Source: Dehalococcoidia bacterium
Lineage (GTDB): Bacteria; Chloroflexota; Dehalococcoidia; DSTF01; WHTK01
DNA: 64,000 bases
Direction of reading: 5' to 3'
NCBI GenBank assembly: GCA_965225815.1
Contig: CBDDBP010000004.1
Coordinates: forward strand, 85,074 to 149,073
The number at the start of each line of letters is the position of its first letter. The first letter of the stretch is position 1. This document shows positions 1-9,894 of the stretch, one piece after another. A program made the translations under genes and the position numbers. The notes below the pieces were generated by a model. That model saw only the letters and a list, made by a program, of their open reading frames with translations, was not told where the DNA came from and did not search any database.

Positions 1-722
1 CGTAAGTCACCACGTCCACGCCTTCGACCGCATACTCCCGCAGCCGCATCGCCTCAGCGTCCGAAGCGCACAGCGCCAGCGTCCCACCCACCGGCACGTT
101 CGATGCGAATCCGGCGAACGCCTCCTGCACCGCTTCCCACGTCCCGTAATAGTCCAGGTGGTCCGCCTCCACGTTGGTCACCAGTGCCACCTGCGGGTGA
201 TAGCTCAGGAAGGCCCGGTCATACTCGTCCGCCTCGACCACGATGTGCGGGCCATCGCCCGCCGCCGCGTTCGTCCCCAGGTCGGCTACCTCGGCGCCTA
301 TCAGATAGGATGGGTCGCGGCCGGTCTGCGCCAGGATGTACGCCACCATCCCGCTCGTCGTGCTCTTGCCGTGGCACCCGGCGATTCCGACGCCCGTCTT
401 GCCCTGCATCAGCCGGCCCACCATTTCGGCTCGTTTGATCACCGAAATGCCACGCTTTTGGGCTTCGATAAGCTCCGGATTGTCCTCCGTCGCCGCCGAA
501 GTCGTCACCACTAGGTCAACATCGCCCACGTTCTCCGCCGCGTGCGGCCCGATGACAACCCGCGCCCCCAGCGCCGCGATCGCCTCCGTCACCGCCGTCT
601 CCCGCAGGTCGGACCCCGACACCTCAACCCCCCACGACAGCAATATCCGCCCGATCGCGGACATATGCGCCCCGCCGATCCCCACCAGGTGCACGCGTCC
701 CGGAATCAATTCGCCACTCACG
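1..722 (-). CDS. murC: UDP-N-acetylmuramate--L-alanine ligase, N-terminal part. The gene continues past the left edge of the window.
   Basis: The reverse-complement translation from ~722 reads VSGELIPGRVHLVGIGGAHMSAIGRILLSWGVEVSGSDL...GIAGCHGKSTTSGMVAYIL...EADEYDRAFL, which is the Mur ligase N-terminal and central domain. It sits in the classical position after murG. It is missing from the ORF track because it runs off the edge. Confidence 0.8.
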
Positions 723-1037
723 TCCCCATCATCTCACGCACCACACAACATGCGTCATTGCGAGGAGACGCCAGCCGACGCGGCAATTTCACGCCTTCAC
801 GTACGCCGCAACGCCGCGCATCCAACTCAACGGCACCCCATCGTCGAAGCTGTAGGTTTCAACCTGCAGACGCCCCTACACCCACAACCCGTAGTCTCCA
901 AACGCCAGCACGCGTACCGGAGGACGCAGCCCGAAAGCCGCCATCGCCGCGCGGAGCAAGGCCCACGTAGGGACGCAGCTTTAGCTCCGTCCGCAATGCC
1001 TCTACGCAGTCCACCCCTGACCTCTAACCCCCGACCC
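723..1037. repeat. Intergenic GC-rich repeat module between murC and murG. It is a diverged copy of the unit seen at 3345-3995 and contains the 28-bp core GTAGGGACGCAGCTTTAGCTCCGTCCGC at 967-994.
   Basis: GTCATTGCGAGGAG(A/G)CGCCAGCCGACGC(G/C)GCAAT occurs at 754-787, 3430-3463 and 3757-3790. A hairpin CTGTAGGTTTCAACCTGCAG lies at 850-869. The core motif recurs at 3649, 3963, 5765, 9067, 9283, 9499 and 10535. Confidence 0.8.
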
Positions 1038-2132
1038 CTAACTGCCCATCTCCACTAAAACCCTTGCCAGGTTCTCCGCCGCGTCCGGCCGCGCCAGCTT
1101 CGCCAACGCCGCCCGCATGTTCGTCAGTCGCGTCTCGTTGTTGATCAAGTACGTCACGGTGTCCTGCAACTGGTCCAGGTTGTTCTGCATCAGCATCACC
1201 GCCGCGTCGTTCTCCTCGAGGTATCGAGCGTTCGGTGTCTGGTCCCATCCTTCGTACTCCCCCGGCACCAGGATCGCCGGCAGCCGTGTCGCCGGCAGCT
1301 CCCCCAGCACCGATGCGCCCGCCCGCATCACCGCCATGTCCGCCGCCGCCATCGCCAGTGGCATCTCATCGTGCAGGTAGGCATAAAGGTGATACCGCGA
1401 CCGCAGCGCCTCCGGCAGCAGCTCCACACCCGCCCGCAGCCAGGGCTCATCGGCCACACCGCACACGTGGATCAACTGGCCGATCCCCAGGAAGCCCGTC
1501 GCCCAGGACGACACGGCGTGATTCAATCGGCTCGCGCCACTGCTCGCCCCGCTGACCAGCAGTGTCGGCAGACCCGAATCCAGTCCCAGCCGCTCCCTCG
1601 CATCCTCTTTTTCTGCTTCGAAAAAGACCTCACGCACCGGATACCCCGTCAGCACCGTCTTCTCGGCCGGCATCGTTGCCTGCGCCGGCGGCACCGTCAC
1701 GGCGATTCGGTCCGCGACCTTGGCCAGTGTCTTTACGGCAAGTCCGGCTTCGACGTCGGGCAGGAACAGCAGCAGCTTCTTTCGCCGCGCTCGCGCCGCC
1801 AGCCCAACCCCCACGCTGCCGTAGCCGCCGCTCGCGAACACCACGTCCGGCTTGAACTCGCCCAGGATGCTCAGCGCCTGCGCCGCCCCGGCAACGATCT
1901 TGAAGCCACCACGCACCGTGCCCATCACCGACCCGACACGCAGTGGGCCGGCCGTCACCGACCGAAACGCCATGCCCTCGCGCCGTGCGATGTCTTCGTC
2001 GATCTTCCCGCGCACGCCGATATACAGGAGCTCCAGCTCCTGGGCCTCAGGCAGCTTGCGTAGCGCGGTGGCCACAGCCAGCGCCGGATAGACGTGGCCG
2101 CCCGTGCCTCCACCACAAAACGCGATCCTCAT
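1038..2132 (-). CDS. murG: UDP-N-acetylglucosamine--N-acetylmuramyl-(pentapeptide) pyrophosphoryl-undecaprenol N-acetylglucosamine transferase
   Basis: 364 aa, beginning MRIAFCGGGTGGHVYPALAVA, the MurG glycosyltransferase family 28 signature. It overlaps ftsW by 4 nt. Confidence 0.9.
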   Translation of the reverse strand: MRIAFCGGGTGGHVYPALAVATALRKLPEAQELELLYIGVRGKIDEDIARREGMAFRSVTAGPLRVGSVMGTVRGGFKIVAGAAQALSILGEFKPDVVFASGGYGSVGVGLAARARRKKLLLFLPDVEAGLAVKTLAKVADRIAVTVPPAQATMPAEKTVLTGYPVREVFFEAEKEDARERLGLDSGLPTLLVSGASSGASRLNHAVSSWATGFLGIGQLIHVCGVADEPWLRAGVELLPEALRSRYHLYAYLHDEMPLAMAAADMAVMRAGASVLGELPATRLPAILVPGEYEGWDQTPNARYLEENDAAVMLMQNNLDQLQDTVTYLINNETRLTNMRAALAKLARPDAAENLARVLVEMGS

Positions 2133-3316
2133 ATTGGTGCGCTGCGTGTCCTTCTTTTGACCGGGCTTCTCGCCCTCACTGCTACCGGCCGCGGGGCCCG
2201 GACTTCCTCTCGGCTATACCTCGAAACGTTCAGCAGTATCCCAACCGCCGCCATAATCATGATCAATGAAGAGCCGCCGTAGCTCACGAACGGCAACGGG
2301 ATCCCCGTCAAAGGTATCGATCGTGTGATCCCGCCGATGTTGATCAGCGCCTGGAACGCGATCCAGCAGATCACTCCCATTGCCAGGTAGGCCCCGAACT
2401 CGTCCCGCGCGTTCATCGCCACTTTGAATCCCCGGTACACGAGGTAAGTAAATAGGCCGATCACGATCATCGCGCCGACGAAGCCGGTCTCCTCGCCGAT
2501 GATCGCGAACACGCCGTCCGTATGCGCCCCGGGTATATAGAAGAACTTCTGCCGGCTGACGCCCAGTCCCAGCCCTTCGATACCGCCGCTACCCAGCGCG
2601 ATCAGAAGCTGCAACGTATGGAACCCGACGCCCGACGGGTCATCCTCCGCCGAAGTGAAAGCCAGCACCCTGTCCGCACGATACGAACCGCCCAGCACCA
2701 GCAGGACGCCGGCCACCATGCCGATGCTCGCCAGCGTGAACACATGAATCATCGATCCGCCCGCCAGGAAGAACAGCGCCACCGTCGCCATCACCACGAT
2801 CGCCGCCGTTCCCGTATCCGGCTCCATCAGGATCAAAGCCGCCACGAGGCCAACCAGCAGGATGAAAGGCGCCAGGCCCAGCGCGAAGGTCTTGACCTCT
2901 CGCCCCCGCGACGCCAACCAGGCCGCTATATAAATGATCACTGCCAGCTTGGCGAACTCACTCGGCTGGAACGGTGGCAGGCCCCCAAACGTCATCCACC
3001 GACGCGCCCCGTTGACCTCCGTACCGATCGCCAGCACCGCCACCAAAGACAGCACTGCCAGCAGCATCAGAAGCGGGCTGAACAACCGCAGCCTGCGATA
3101 GTCCAACCGCATCAACCCGAACATAGCCACCAGGCCGATCAGCGAAGCGCCGAGTTGCCGAAACAGGAAGTAATTAACGTCGTCGTACTCCGCCAGCGCG
3201 ATCGCAAAGCTCGAGCTGTAAACAAAGATCAACCCAATGACCACCAACGCCAGCGTCGTCACCAGGATCGCGTAATCCGGCCTCCCCGGCTTCAACCTGA
3301 TGTTCCCCCTATTCAT
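2129..3316 (-). CDS. ftsW: Peptidoglycan glycosyltransferase FtsW (SEDS family)
   Basis: 395 aa polytopic membrane protein of the FtsW/RodA/SpoVE type. It lies between murD and murG in the dcw order. Confidence 0.8.
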   Translation of the reverse strand: MNRGNIRLKPGRPDYAILVTTLALVVIGLIFVYSSSFAIALAEYDDVNYFLFRQLGASLIGLVAMFGLMRLDYRRLRLFSPLLMLLAVLSLVAVLAIGTEVNGARRWMTFGGLPPFQPSEFAKLAVIIYIAAWLASRGREVKTFALGLAPFILLVGLVAALILMEPDTGTAAIVVMATVALFFLAGGSMIHVFTLASIGMVAGVLLVLGGSYRADRVLAFTSAEDDPSGVGFHTLQLLIALGSGGIEGLGLGVSRQKFFYIPGAHTDGVFAIIGEETGFVGAMIVIGLFTYLVYRGFKVAMNARDEFGAYLAMGVICWIAFQALINIGGITRSIPLTGIPLPFVSYGGSSLIMIMAAVGILLNVSRYSREEVRAPRPVAVRARSPVKRRTRSAPI

Positions 3317-4387
3317 CCCAGTCCAGTCTCATACCTACGCTCCGTCCAACCTCTGTAAGGGCGTGCCGTAAGGCCGTGCTTGATCGCGCTCGCGACGCCC
3401 ACAACGCGCCGCCCCGCCAAAGACCCCCTCGTCATTGTGAGGAGGCGCCAGCCGACGCCGCAATCCCGCGTCCACACCAACGCCCCAGCCCAGTTCACCT
3501 CTCCGCACCTCTTCAAAGCTGCAGGCTTCAACCTGCAGAACCGCATCCTCCAACCTCGCGCCGCCAACCCCCGAAACGGATGCAGCTTTAACTCCCTCCG
3601 AGGCGCTCTGTCCACAACTCCGCGCCTCCTCGAGCGCAGCCAACCTCCGTAGGGACGCAGCTTTAGCTCCGTCCGCTGCGCTCCGTCCAACCTCCGTAAA
3701 GCCGTGCTTGATCGCGCTCGCGACGCCCCGTCAAAGACCCCCTCGTCATTGCGAGGAGGCGCCAGCCGACGCCGCAATCCCGCGTCCACACCAACGCCCC
3801 ACCACAGTTCACCTCCCCACACCTCTTCGGTTCTGCAGGTTGAAACCTGCAGAACCGCATCCTCCAACCCCGCGCCGCCAACCCCCGTACGGACGCAGCT
3901 TTAACTCCCTCCGAGGCGCTCCGCCCACAACTCCGCGCCTCCTCGGGCGCAGCCAACCCCCGTAGGGACGCAGCTTTAGCTCCGTCCGCGGCGCTCCAAC
4001 CCAGTCCACCAAACGGTCTGTCCTGCCCAACGCCAGCAGGCGCCGCCCCATCCTCCACAGTCCCTCGCCTCGCAAGGAGAGGGACACGCGGCAGCGAGGA
4101 AGCGGTCGGCGCCCCGGCTTCAGTTATCAAAGCCGGTCGCGCAGCTGCTAGGCGTCCCTTACCCCCGAAGAGATCCCGAGTCCGCTGGGAAGTCATATGG
4201 TCCGGTCGATTCACTAAGACAGCGGGGTTAGTAGGGGCGCAACCCCTGCGGGGGGAGTCTGAGGGGTCTCCCCTCAGGGCTTTTGATGAACGGGCGAAGC
4301 GCACAAGCCCAACCGACAGGGCGGGCGCAGGTCGCGCAGCCTTCCGACGCCCCATGCGCCCGTACACCGCGAAAGCGTCTACGGTCC
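3317..4387. repeat. Composite intergenic repeat region between ftsW and murD. It holds two tandem copies of a ~315-330-bp unit (about 3345-3676 and 3677-3990), then an 'R2' hairpin element (GGGGCGCA(A/G)CCCCTGCGGGGGGAGTCTGAGGGGTCTCCCC, ~4231-4345) and a partial 'R3' fragment (~4100-4145).
   Basis: GTGCTTGATCGCGCTCGCGACGCC occurs at 3376 and 3704, a period of 328. The core GTAGGGACGCAGCTTTAGCTCCGTCCGC occurs at 3649-3676 and 3963-3990. The palindrome CTGCAGG(C/T)TTCAACCTGCAG appears in each unit. Confidence 0.85.
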
Positions 4388-5731
4388 TCACGCCTGGCCC
4401 CCAAGCGCCAGCACATGCCGCCGAAAATCCTCGCCCCGCTGCTCAAACTTCTCGTACGCGTCGAAGCTCGTGCACGCCGGCGACAGCAACACCACGTCGC
4501 CCTCCTGCGCCAACCTCGAAGCCGCCCTCACCGCGTCCGCCACCGTCTCAACCCGCGTCGCGTCCAGCCCCACGGCCTTCGACGCCTCCGCTAACATCCG
4601 TCCCGCCTCCCCGAAACACACCACCGCCCGGCACGATCGCTTCGCCTCGGCCAGCATCTGCTCCAGCGGCAACTGCTTTTCGCGCCCGCCCACCAGCAAC
4701 ACGATCGGCTCCTCAAACGACCGCAGCGCCGCCAACGTCCGCTCCGGCGCCGTCGCGATGCTGTCGTTGAAATAGTCCACGCCATTCACAGTCGCCACCG
4801 GCTCAAGTCGATGCGCCGGCGGCTTGAACTCCCGCACCGCCTGCCCCACCGCCTCCGGCGCCAGCCCGCAGGCCGATGCCACGGCCGTCGCCGCCGCCAC
4901 ATTCGCCACGTTGTGCTGCCCCCGGAGCGGGATTTCCCTCACCCTCACCACCTGGTAGCTCTTGCCGGCTTGTCGCATGTAGACCACGCCGTCTTTCACG
5001 TAGGCCCCGTTCATCCCGTGGTCGCCTCCCAGGCTGAACAGCAGCACGTCGCTCGGCGCCGTCGACGCCATCTCGCGCGACATCGGGTCGTCGGCGTTAA
5101 ATACGCACGCCGCGCCGGGCGCCTGAAACTCAAAAATACGGCGCTTCAGCGCCACGTACTCCTCCCAGGTGAATTGGTCTAGATGATTCGGCGTCACATT
5201 CGTCAGCGCCGCCACGTCCGGGCTGCGTTCCAGGAGCTGCAGCTGCGTATGGCTCACCTCCAGCACCGCCGGCTGCGACGCCTCCGCGCCTTCAAGCAAC
5301 CCCATCAACCCGACGCCGATGTTGCCCCCCATCACGTGCGCCCGGTTCGCCGCCGTGTACATCGAATCCACCAGCGCCGTCGTCGTCGTCTTCCCGCTCG
5401 ACCCCGTGATCCCCACGATCGGCCCCGGGTACTTCTCGAAAAACAGGCTCGTCATCGAACGTACCGGCGTCCCCGCCTCGCGCGCCGCGATCACCGCCGG
5501 TATCCCCAACGGCACGCCTTGCGACACGCAGACCAGGTCCGCGCCCTCAACGTCCTCCGGTGAATTCTCCCCAACCCGAAACGTAACGCCGCGACCCGTC
5601 AGCTCCTCCCGCACCTGCGCCAGCGACTCCGGCACCCGCACGGTGCTCACCAGCACCTCATCCCCCTGCGCCATGAAATACCGCGCCAGGTCCTCCCCCT
5701 CGATCGAAAACCCGATCACCGTGACCCTCAC
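4388..5731 (-). CDS. murD: UDP-N-acetylmuramoylalanine--D-glutamate ligase
   Basis: 447 aa with the GITGSSGKTTT P-loop. Mur ligase family, in the murD position. Confidence 0.9.
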   Translation of the reverse strand: MRVTVIGFSIEGEDLARYFMAQGDEVLVSTVRVPESLAQVREELTGRGVTFRVGENSPEDVEGADLVCVSQGVPLGIPAVIAAREAGTPVRSMTSLFFEKYPGPIVGITGSSGKTTTTALVDSMYTAANRAHVMGGNIGVGLMGLLEGAEASQPAVLEVSHTQLQLLERSPDVAALTNVTPNHLDQFTWEEYVALKRRIFEFQAPGAACVFNADDPMSREMASTAPSDVLLFSLGGDHGMNGAYVKDGVVYMRQAGKSYQVVRVREIPLRGQHNVANVAAATAVASACGLAPEAVGQAVREFKPPAHRLEPVATVNGVDYFNDSIATAPERTLAALRSFEEPIVLLVGGREKQLPLEQMLAEAKRSCRAVVCFGEAGRMLAEASKAVGLDATRVETVADAVRAASRLAQEGDVVLLSPACTSFDAYEKFEQRGEDFRRHVLALGGQA

Positions 5732-5870
5732 GCCGCACCCCCAACGCTCCTGGCCGTCCCCAACCGTAGGGACACAGCTCTAGCTCCGTCCGCGACGCCC
5801 TAACGCCGTCCACCAACGCTGCCTGCTCGTCGCCTAACCTCCAGCGCCTCATACGGCTTCCAGCCCATCC
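5732..5870. repeat. Short intergenic repeat between murD and mraY carrying the core variant GTAGGGACACAGCTCTAGCTCCGTCCGC (5765-5792).
   Basis: Same core motif as in the other dcw intergenic regions. Confidence 0.7.
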
Positions 5871-6842
5871 TCACTCCACCACCGCCAAACCCACGCCCGC
5901 CAATCCCCCCAGCAACCCGATCACCCAGAACCGCGTCACCACCTGCGTCTCCGTCCATCCCCCGAGCTGAAAGTGGTAATGGATCGGCGCCATGCGGAAC
6001 ACCCGCCGGCCGCCCGTCTTCTTGAAATAGGCAATCTGGATCACGTCCGACAGCCCCTCCGCCACGAACACGATGCCGATCACCGGCAGCAGCAGCCACC
6101 AGCCCGTCATGAACGCCAGCACCACCAGCCCGATCGCCAGCGCCTGTGACCCCACCTCGCCCATGAACACCTGCGCCGGATAAGCGTTGAACCACAGGAA
6201 CGCCGCCAGCGACCCGGCCACCGCGAACCCGAACGCCGCCAGCTCCTCCTGCCCTTGCGACAGTGCGATCGCCCCGTAGGCTCCGTAAGCGATCGCACTC
6301 ACGCCGGCCATCAGCCCGTCCATCCCGTCCGTAATCACGATGCCGCTCGTCCCGGCAACCATCACCCCGATAACGACCGGTATGTACAGCACGCCCAGGC
6401 TGTAGTCGCCAAAATGCGGCACGAGCACCGATTCCAGGTCCATCTCGTAATACAGCACCAACGCCACGATGACGCCCACCGCCACCAGCACGCCCCACTT
6501 CACCACCCAGAGCCATCGCTCGTGTCCCGCCGTCTCCTTCGATCCCACTAGCGTCTGAAAATCATCGAATGTCGCCAGCACTGCCGCCGCACTCATCGCG
6601 CCCAGAGGCAGCCAAACGTCCCCGGCTCGTAGCGCCGCGAGCGGTATCGCCGCCGCCGCAATGCCAACAAGAAACATCACGCCGCCCATCGTCGGCGTCC
6701 CCGCCTTCTCTGCGTACGCCTCCGGCGCCTCCGTGTCGGCCTGCTTGCCCAGCTTGCGCCGCCGCAGCTCCGAAACCACGGGACCGCCAACCGCCAGAGT
6801 CACCACCAGCGCCAGGCATCCCGCCAACATCGCCTCTACCAC
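5871..6842 (-). CDS. mraY: Phospho-N-acetylmuramoyl-pentapeptide-transferase
   Basis: 323 aa membrane protein, MraY family. Confidence 0.9.
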   Translation of the reverse strand: MVEAMLAGCLALVVTLAVGGPVVSELRRRKLGKQADTEAPEAYAEKAGTPTMGGVMFLVGIAAAAIPLAALRAGDVWLPLGAMSAAAVLATFDDFQTLVGSKETAGHERWLWVVKWGVLVAVGVIVALVLYYEMDLESVLVPHFGDYSLGVLYIPVVIGVMVAGTSGIVITDGMDGLMAGVSAIAYGAYGAIALSQGQEELAAFGFAVAGSLAAFLWFNAYPAQVFMGEVGSQALAIGLVVLAFMTGWWLLLPVIGIVFVAEGLSDVIQIAYFKKTGGRRVFRMAPIHYHFQLGGWTETQVVTRFWVIGLLGGLAGVGLAVVE

Positions 6843-7267
6843 GGACTCACCCCACTGTAGTCAGACCGCTTTGGTGAGAGCCGGCTTGGCTCGCCGAAAC
6901 ACAGCGAATTCGTTCTGATTATGCCTGGTACTCTGGCGTCAGCAGGGGAAGTGGGGGCACAGCCCCCGCGGGGGGAGTCTGAGGGGTCTCCCCGCAGGTT
7001 AACTTTGATAGATGGGCGAAGCGCACAAGCCCACCCGACAGGAAGGGCGCCGGTCGCGCAGCCTCTACGCCCCGTCCAGCCGTCTTCAGTGGGGTCTCGG
7101 GGCCAAGCCCCGGCTTCAGTTATAGAGCCCGCAGGCCGCGCAGGCCTCAACGCCTCGTCCAGCCGTCTTCAGTGGAGTCTCGGGGCCAAGCCCCGGCTTC
7201 AGTTATAGAGCCCGCAGGCCACGCGGTCCTCAACGTCTCGTACTGAATTGATGACCTCATGGCAACA
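6843..7267. repeat. Intergenic repeat region between mraY and ftsI. It holds an R2 element (~6945-7070) followed by two tandem 82-bp R3 units (7073-7154 and 7155-7236).
   Basis: The R3 unit CGTCCAGCCGTCTTCAGTGG(G/A)GTCTCGGGGCCAAGCCCCGGCTTCAGTTATAGAGCCCGCAGGCC... is duplicated head-to-tail. It carries the hairpin GGGGCCAAGCCCC. Confidence 0.85.
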
Positions 7268-9004
7268 CTAGCGCCCCTGCACCAGCGCGTCGTTCGGTCG
7301 CACATTCAGATACGCCAGGATCTTCGGCGCCAACTTGCCGAACACCGGCGCCGCCACGATGCCGCCCAACGGGTCGTCCTGGGGTTGATCGATCTTCACT
7401 AGCACGATGATCGCCGGGTCGTCAACCGGCGCGAACCCTACGAACGTCGCCAGCGTCGAATCCAGCGCATAGCCTGTCGGTATCGAAACCAGCGTCGTCC
7501 CCGTCTTGCCGCCCACGTCGTAGCCTCTCACCTGCCCCAGGTGCCCGGCCACGCCGTCAACGACCTGGTGCATCATCTCCACCATCGTCTCTGACGTCCT
7601 CGGCGATACCGTCTGCCGCACAACGACCGGCTCATAAACCCTTCGGCCGTCCGGTCCGTCGATTTCCGCAACGATGTACGGGCGCATCAGCTGCCCGCCG
7701 TTAACCACCGACGCGATCGCCGTAATCACCTGCAATGGCGTCGCCGCGATACCCTGCCCGTAGCTGTTTGTCGCCAGGTCCGACGCGTACCACTCGTTAT
7801 CTTTGTGCGTCCGCAGCAGCCCCGCCGACTCGCCGCCCAGTCCCGAGTGCGTTGGCTCGCCGAAGCCGAACCGCTCGATGCTGTCATAAAGCAGCTCCGG
7901 CCCGATCTGGTCGCTCAGCCAGATCGCTCCTGTGTTCAGGCTCTTCTGCAGCAGTTGCGTCATCGTCGTCTCGCCGTTCGCGCTGAAGTCCCAGTTCGCG
8001 AACGTGTATCCACCCTTCTCCACCACCCCGGAGTCGTAGTACGTCGTGTTCGGATTGACCAGCCCCAGGTCGATCGCGGTGGCCATCGTGATCACCTTCA
8101 GGACCGACCCCGGCTCGTACGCATCCGTCACCGCCCGGTTCCGATACAGGTCCTGCGCCGGGTTGTCGAGGTCAAGTTCGGAAAGCCGGAAGCTCGGACG
8201 GCTCGCCATCGCCAGGATCGCGCCCATCTTCGGCTCCATCACGATGATGCTGCCGCCCGACGCCTCGTGCGACGCAAGCTGAAAGTCCAGCTCGTCCTCG
8301 ACCAGGCTCTGGATATAGCGGTCGATCGTCAGTCGAACGTCCGAGCCCGGCTGTCCCGGTTGCTCCTGCGTCCGGCCCACGGCGATCGGTTGACCGCCGC
8401 CATCTCGTTCGAAGTACAACACTCCGGGCTGTCCGCCCAGGATCGACTCCAGGTCCGCTTCCAATCCGGCCAGGCCGCTGTGATCGCGACCCAGGAAGCC
8501 CAGCAGCGTTGAGGCCGTATCGCCCTCTGGATAGAACCGCTCCGTCGCGGCGGCCACCGTCACGCCCGGAAGCGCCAGCCGGTCGATCGCCAGGCCGGCC
8601 GAAAACTCGATGCCGTCCGCCAGCAACTCAATCGGCCCGTCTGCCTCAGCCAGCAAATGCGCCAGCATCAACTCAGAATCACCGCCCAGGTTTTCCGTGA
8701 GGCCGGCGGCCGTCTCCTGCGCCTTCGTAATGTCTTCTGCCCAGGCGCGCCGGTCGATATACACGTCGAACACGTCGATCGAAGTCGCCAGCGGGAAGCC
8801 GCTGCGGTCCAGGATCGCCCCGCGCTCCGACCGCACCAGCTTCTTCTCCCCGTGCACTTCCTGCACTTCGAGCCGGTAGTCTTCGTGCTCCAGCACCTGG
8901 ATCTGCACCAGGCGCCCCACGACGCCGCCGGTCGAAAGCAGCAACACCATCGCCAGCACCCCGAAGCGCCACGTAAACCGAGACCGCCCCGCCATCAGGC
9001 CCAA
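7268..9004 (-). CDS. ftsI: Peptidoglycan D,D-transpeptidase (penicillin-binding protein 2/FtsI class)
   Basis: 578 aa with an N-terminal membrane anchor, a PBP dimerisation domain and a transpeptidase domain. It lies in the dcw position after ftsL. Confidence 0.85.
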   Translation of the reverse strand: MGLMAGRSRFTWRFGVLAMVLLLSTGGVVGRLVQIQVLEHEDYRLEVQEVHGEKKLVRSERGAILDRSGFPLATSIDVFDVYIDRRAWAEDITKAQETAAGLTENLGGDSELMLAHLLAEADGPIELLADGIEFSAGLAIDRLALPGVTVAAATERFYPEGDTASTLLGFLGRDHSGLAGLEADLESILGGQPGVLYFERDGGGQPIAVGRTQEQPGQPGSDVRLTIDRYIQSLVEDELDFQLASHEASGGSIIVMEPKMGAILAMASRPSFRLSELDLDNPAQDLYRNRAVTDAYEPGSVLKVITMATAIDLGLVNPNTTYYDSGVVEKGGYTFANWDFSANGETTMTQLLQKSLNTGAIWLSDQIGPELLYDSIERFGFGEPTHSGLGGESAGLLRTHKDNEWYASDLATNSYGQGIAATPLQVITAIASVVNGGQLMRPYIVAEIDGPDGRRVYEPVVVRQTVSPRTSETMVEMMHQVVDGVAGHLGQVRGYDVGGKTGTTLVSIPTGYALDSTLATFVGFAPVDDPAIIVLVKIDQPQDDPLGGIVAAPVFGKLAPKILAYLNVRPNDALVQGR

Positions 9005-9894
9005 CCCCGCCCGTCATGCGACGCCGCAGTGCCCAGGTCCGTATCGCCGAGCGCAGCAAGGCGACCGTAGGGAGGCAGCTTTAGCTCCGTCCGCTGCGCC
9101 TCGTAACGGCGATCAACGTCGAGGCCAGCCCCACCAACCCCAGCGGCGTCAGTACGGGCGCAGTGCATCGTGAAGTCCGCCGAAGGGCCCCTGCGCGGAG
9201 ACCCTGAGCGGTGCCCCCTAAGGGTTAGCAAAGTAGATGCCGGAGTGCCCAGGTCCGTGTCACTGAGCGCAGCAAGGCCACCGTAGGGACGCAGCATTAG
9301 CTCCGTCCACAACGCCGCATGCCCCTCATCTAACGCAAACTCAGCCCCACCAACCCCAGCGGGGTCAGAAGGGGCGCAGTGCATCCTGAGCTCCGCCGAA
9401 GGTTCCCTGCGCGGAGACCCTGAGCAGTGCTCCTTCAGGCTTAGCAAACTAGATACGCGAGCGCCCAGGTCCGTATCGCCGAGCGCAGCAAGGCCACCGT
9501 AGGGACACAGCTTTAGCTCCGTCCGCAACTCCTCATGCCCCTCATCCAGCGCAAACTCAGCCTCACCAACCTCAGCGGGGTCAGTAGGGGCGCAGCCCCT
9601 GCGGGGGGAGTCTGAGGGGTCTCCCCGCAGGTTAGCTTTGATAGAAGGGCGAAGCGCACAAGCCCGCCCGAAAGGAAGGGCGCCGGTCGCGGAGCTAGAC
9701 GCCACGGCGTCAGCTACACCAACGCTCTCGGCGCCGCCTTTAGTGGGGTCTCGGGGCCAAGCCCCGGTTTCAGTTAGCAAAGCAGGACGCGCAGCCCTTC
9801 CTCGACAAACCGTCCTCAAGCCAAAGCGCACCGGAGCACCTGTCATCTCAACTCCCACGCCCTTGCCCCGGCGCCCTCTCGTCTGTCCTCTAGA
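9005..9894. repeat. Intergenic minisatellite between ftsI and ftsL. It holds three tandem copies of a ~216-bp unit (starting ~9029, ~9246 and ~9461), then an R2 element (~9590-9700) and an R3-like element (~9720-9800).
   Basis: The 28-bp core occurs at 9067-9094, 9283-9310 and 9499-9526, a period of 216. The GTGCCCAGGTCC anchors lie at 9029, 9246 and 9461. The units carry a variant hairpin GCCGAAGGGCCCCTGCGCGGAGACCCTGAGCGGTGCCCCCTAAGGG. Confidence 0.85.

Noticed and set aside
103-1058. The many plus-strand ORFs overlapping murC, murG, murD and mraY (e.g. 336..1058, 1371..2063, 4354..4770)
   Set aside because: They are antisense high-GC artefacts, Pro/Arg/Ala-rich, opposite well-supported genes.
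2522-3358. A 278-aa His/Arg/Gln-rich ORF on the plus strand
   Set aside because: It is antisense to ftsW and a low-complexity artefact of high GC.
3313-4391. Track ORFs 3313..3867(-), 3335..3643(-), 3663..4391(-), 3809..4087(-), 8995..9858(-), 10336..10938(-) and 5658..5852(-), which encode recurring peptides such as RTELKLRPYGG
   Set aside because: They lie wholly inside the GC-rich repeats. The repeated peptide is just the translation of the 28-bp core in a stop-free frame. They overlap the ends of real genes, so they are not counted as coding.
9005-9894. CRISPR-array interpretation of the regularly spaced 28-bp core GTAGGGACGCAGCTTTAGCTCCGTCCGC
   Set aside because: The spacing is ~216 bp, not 28-40 bp. 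The 'spacers' are themselves near-identical to one another. No cas genes are present.
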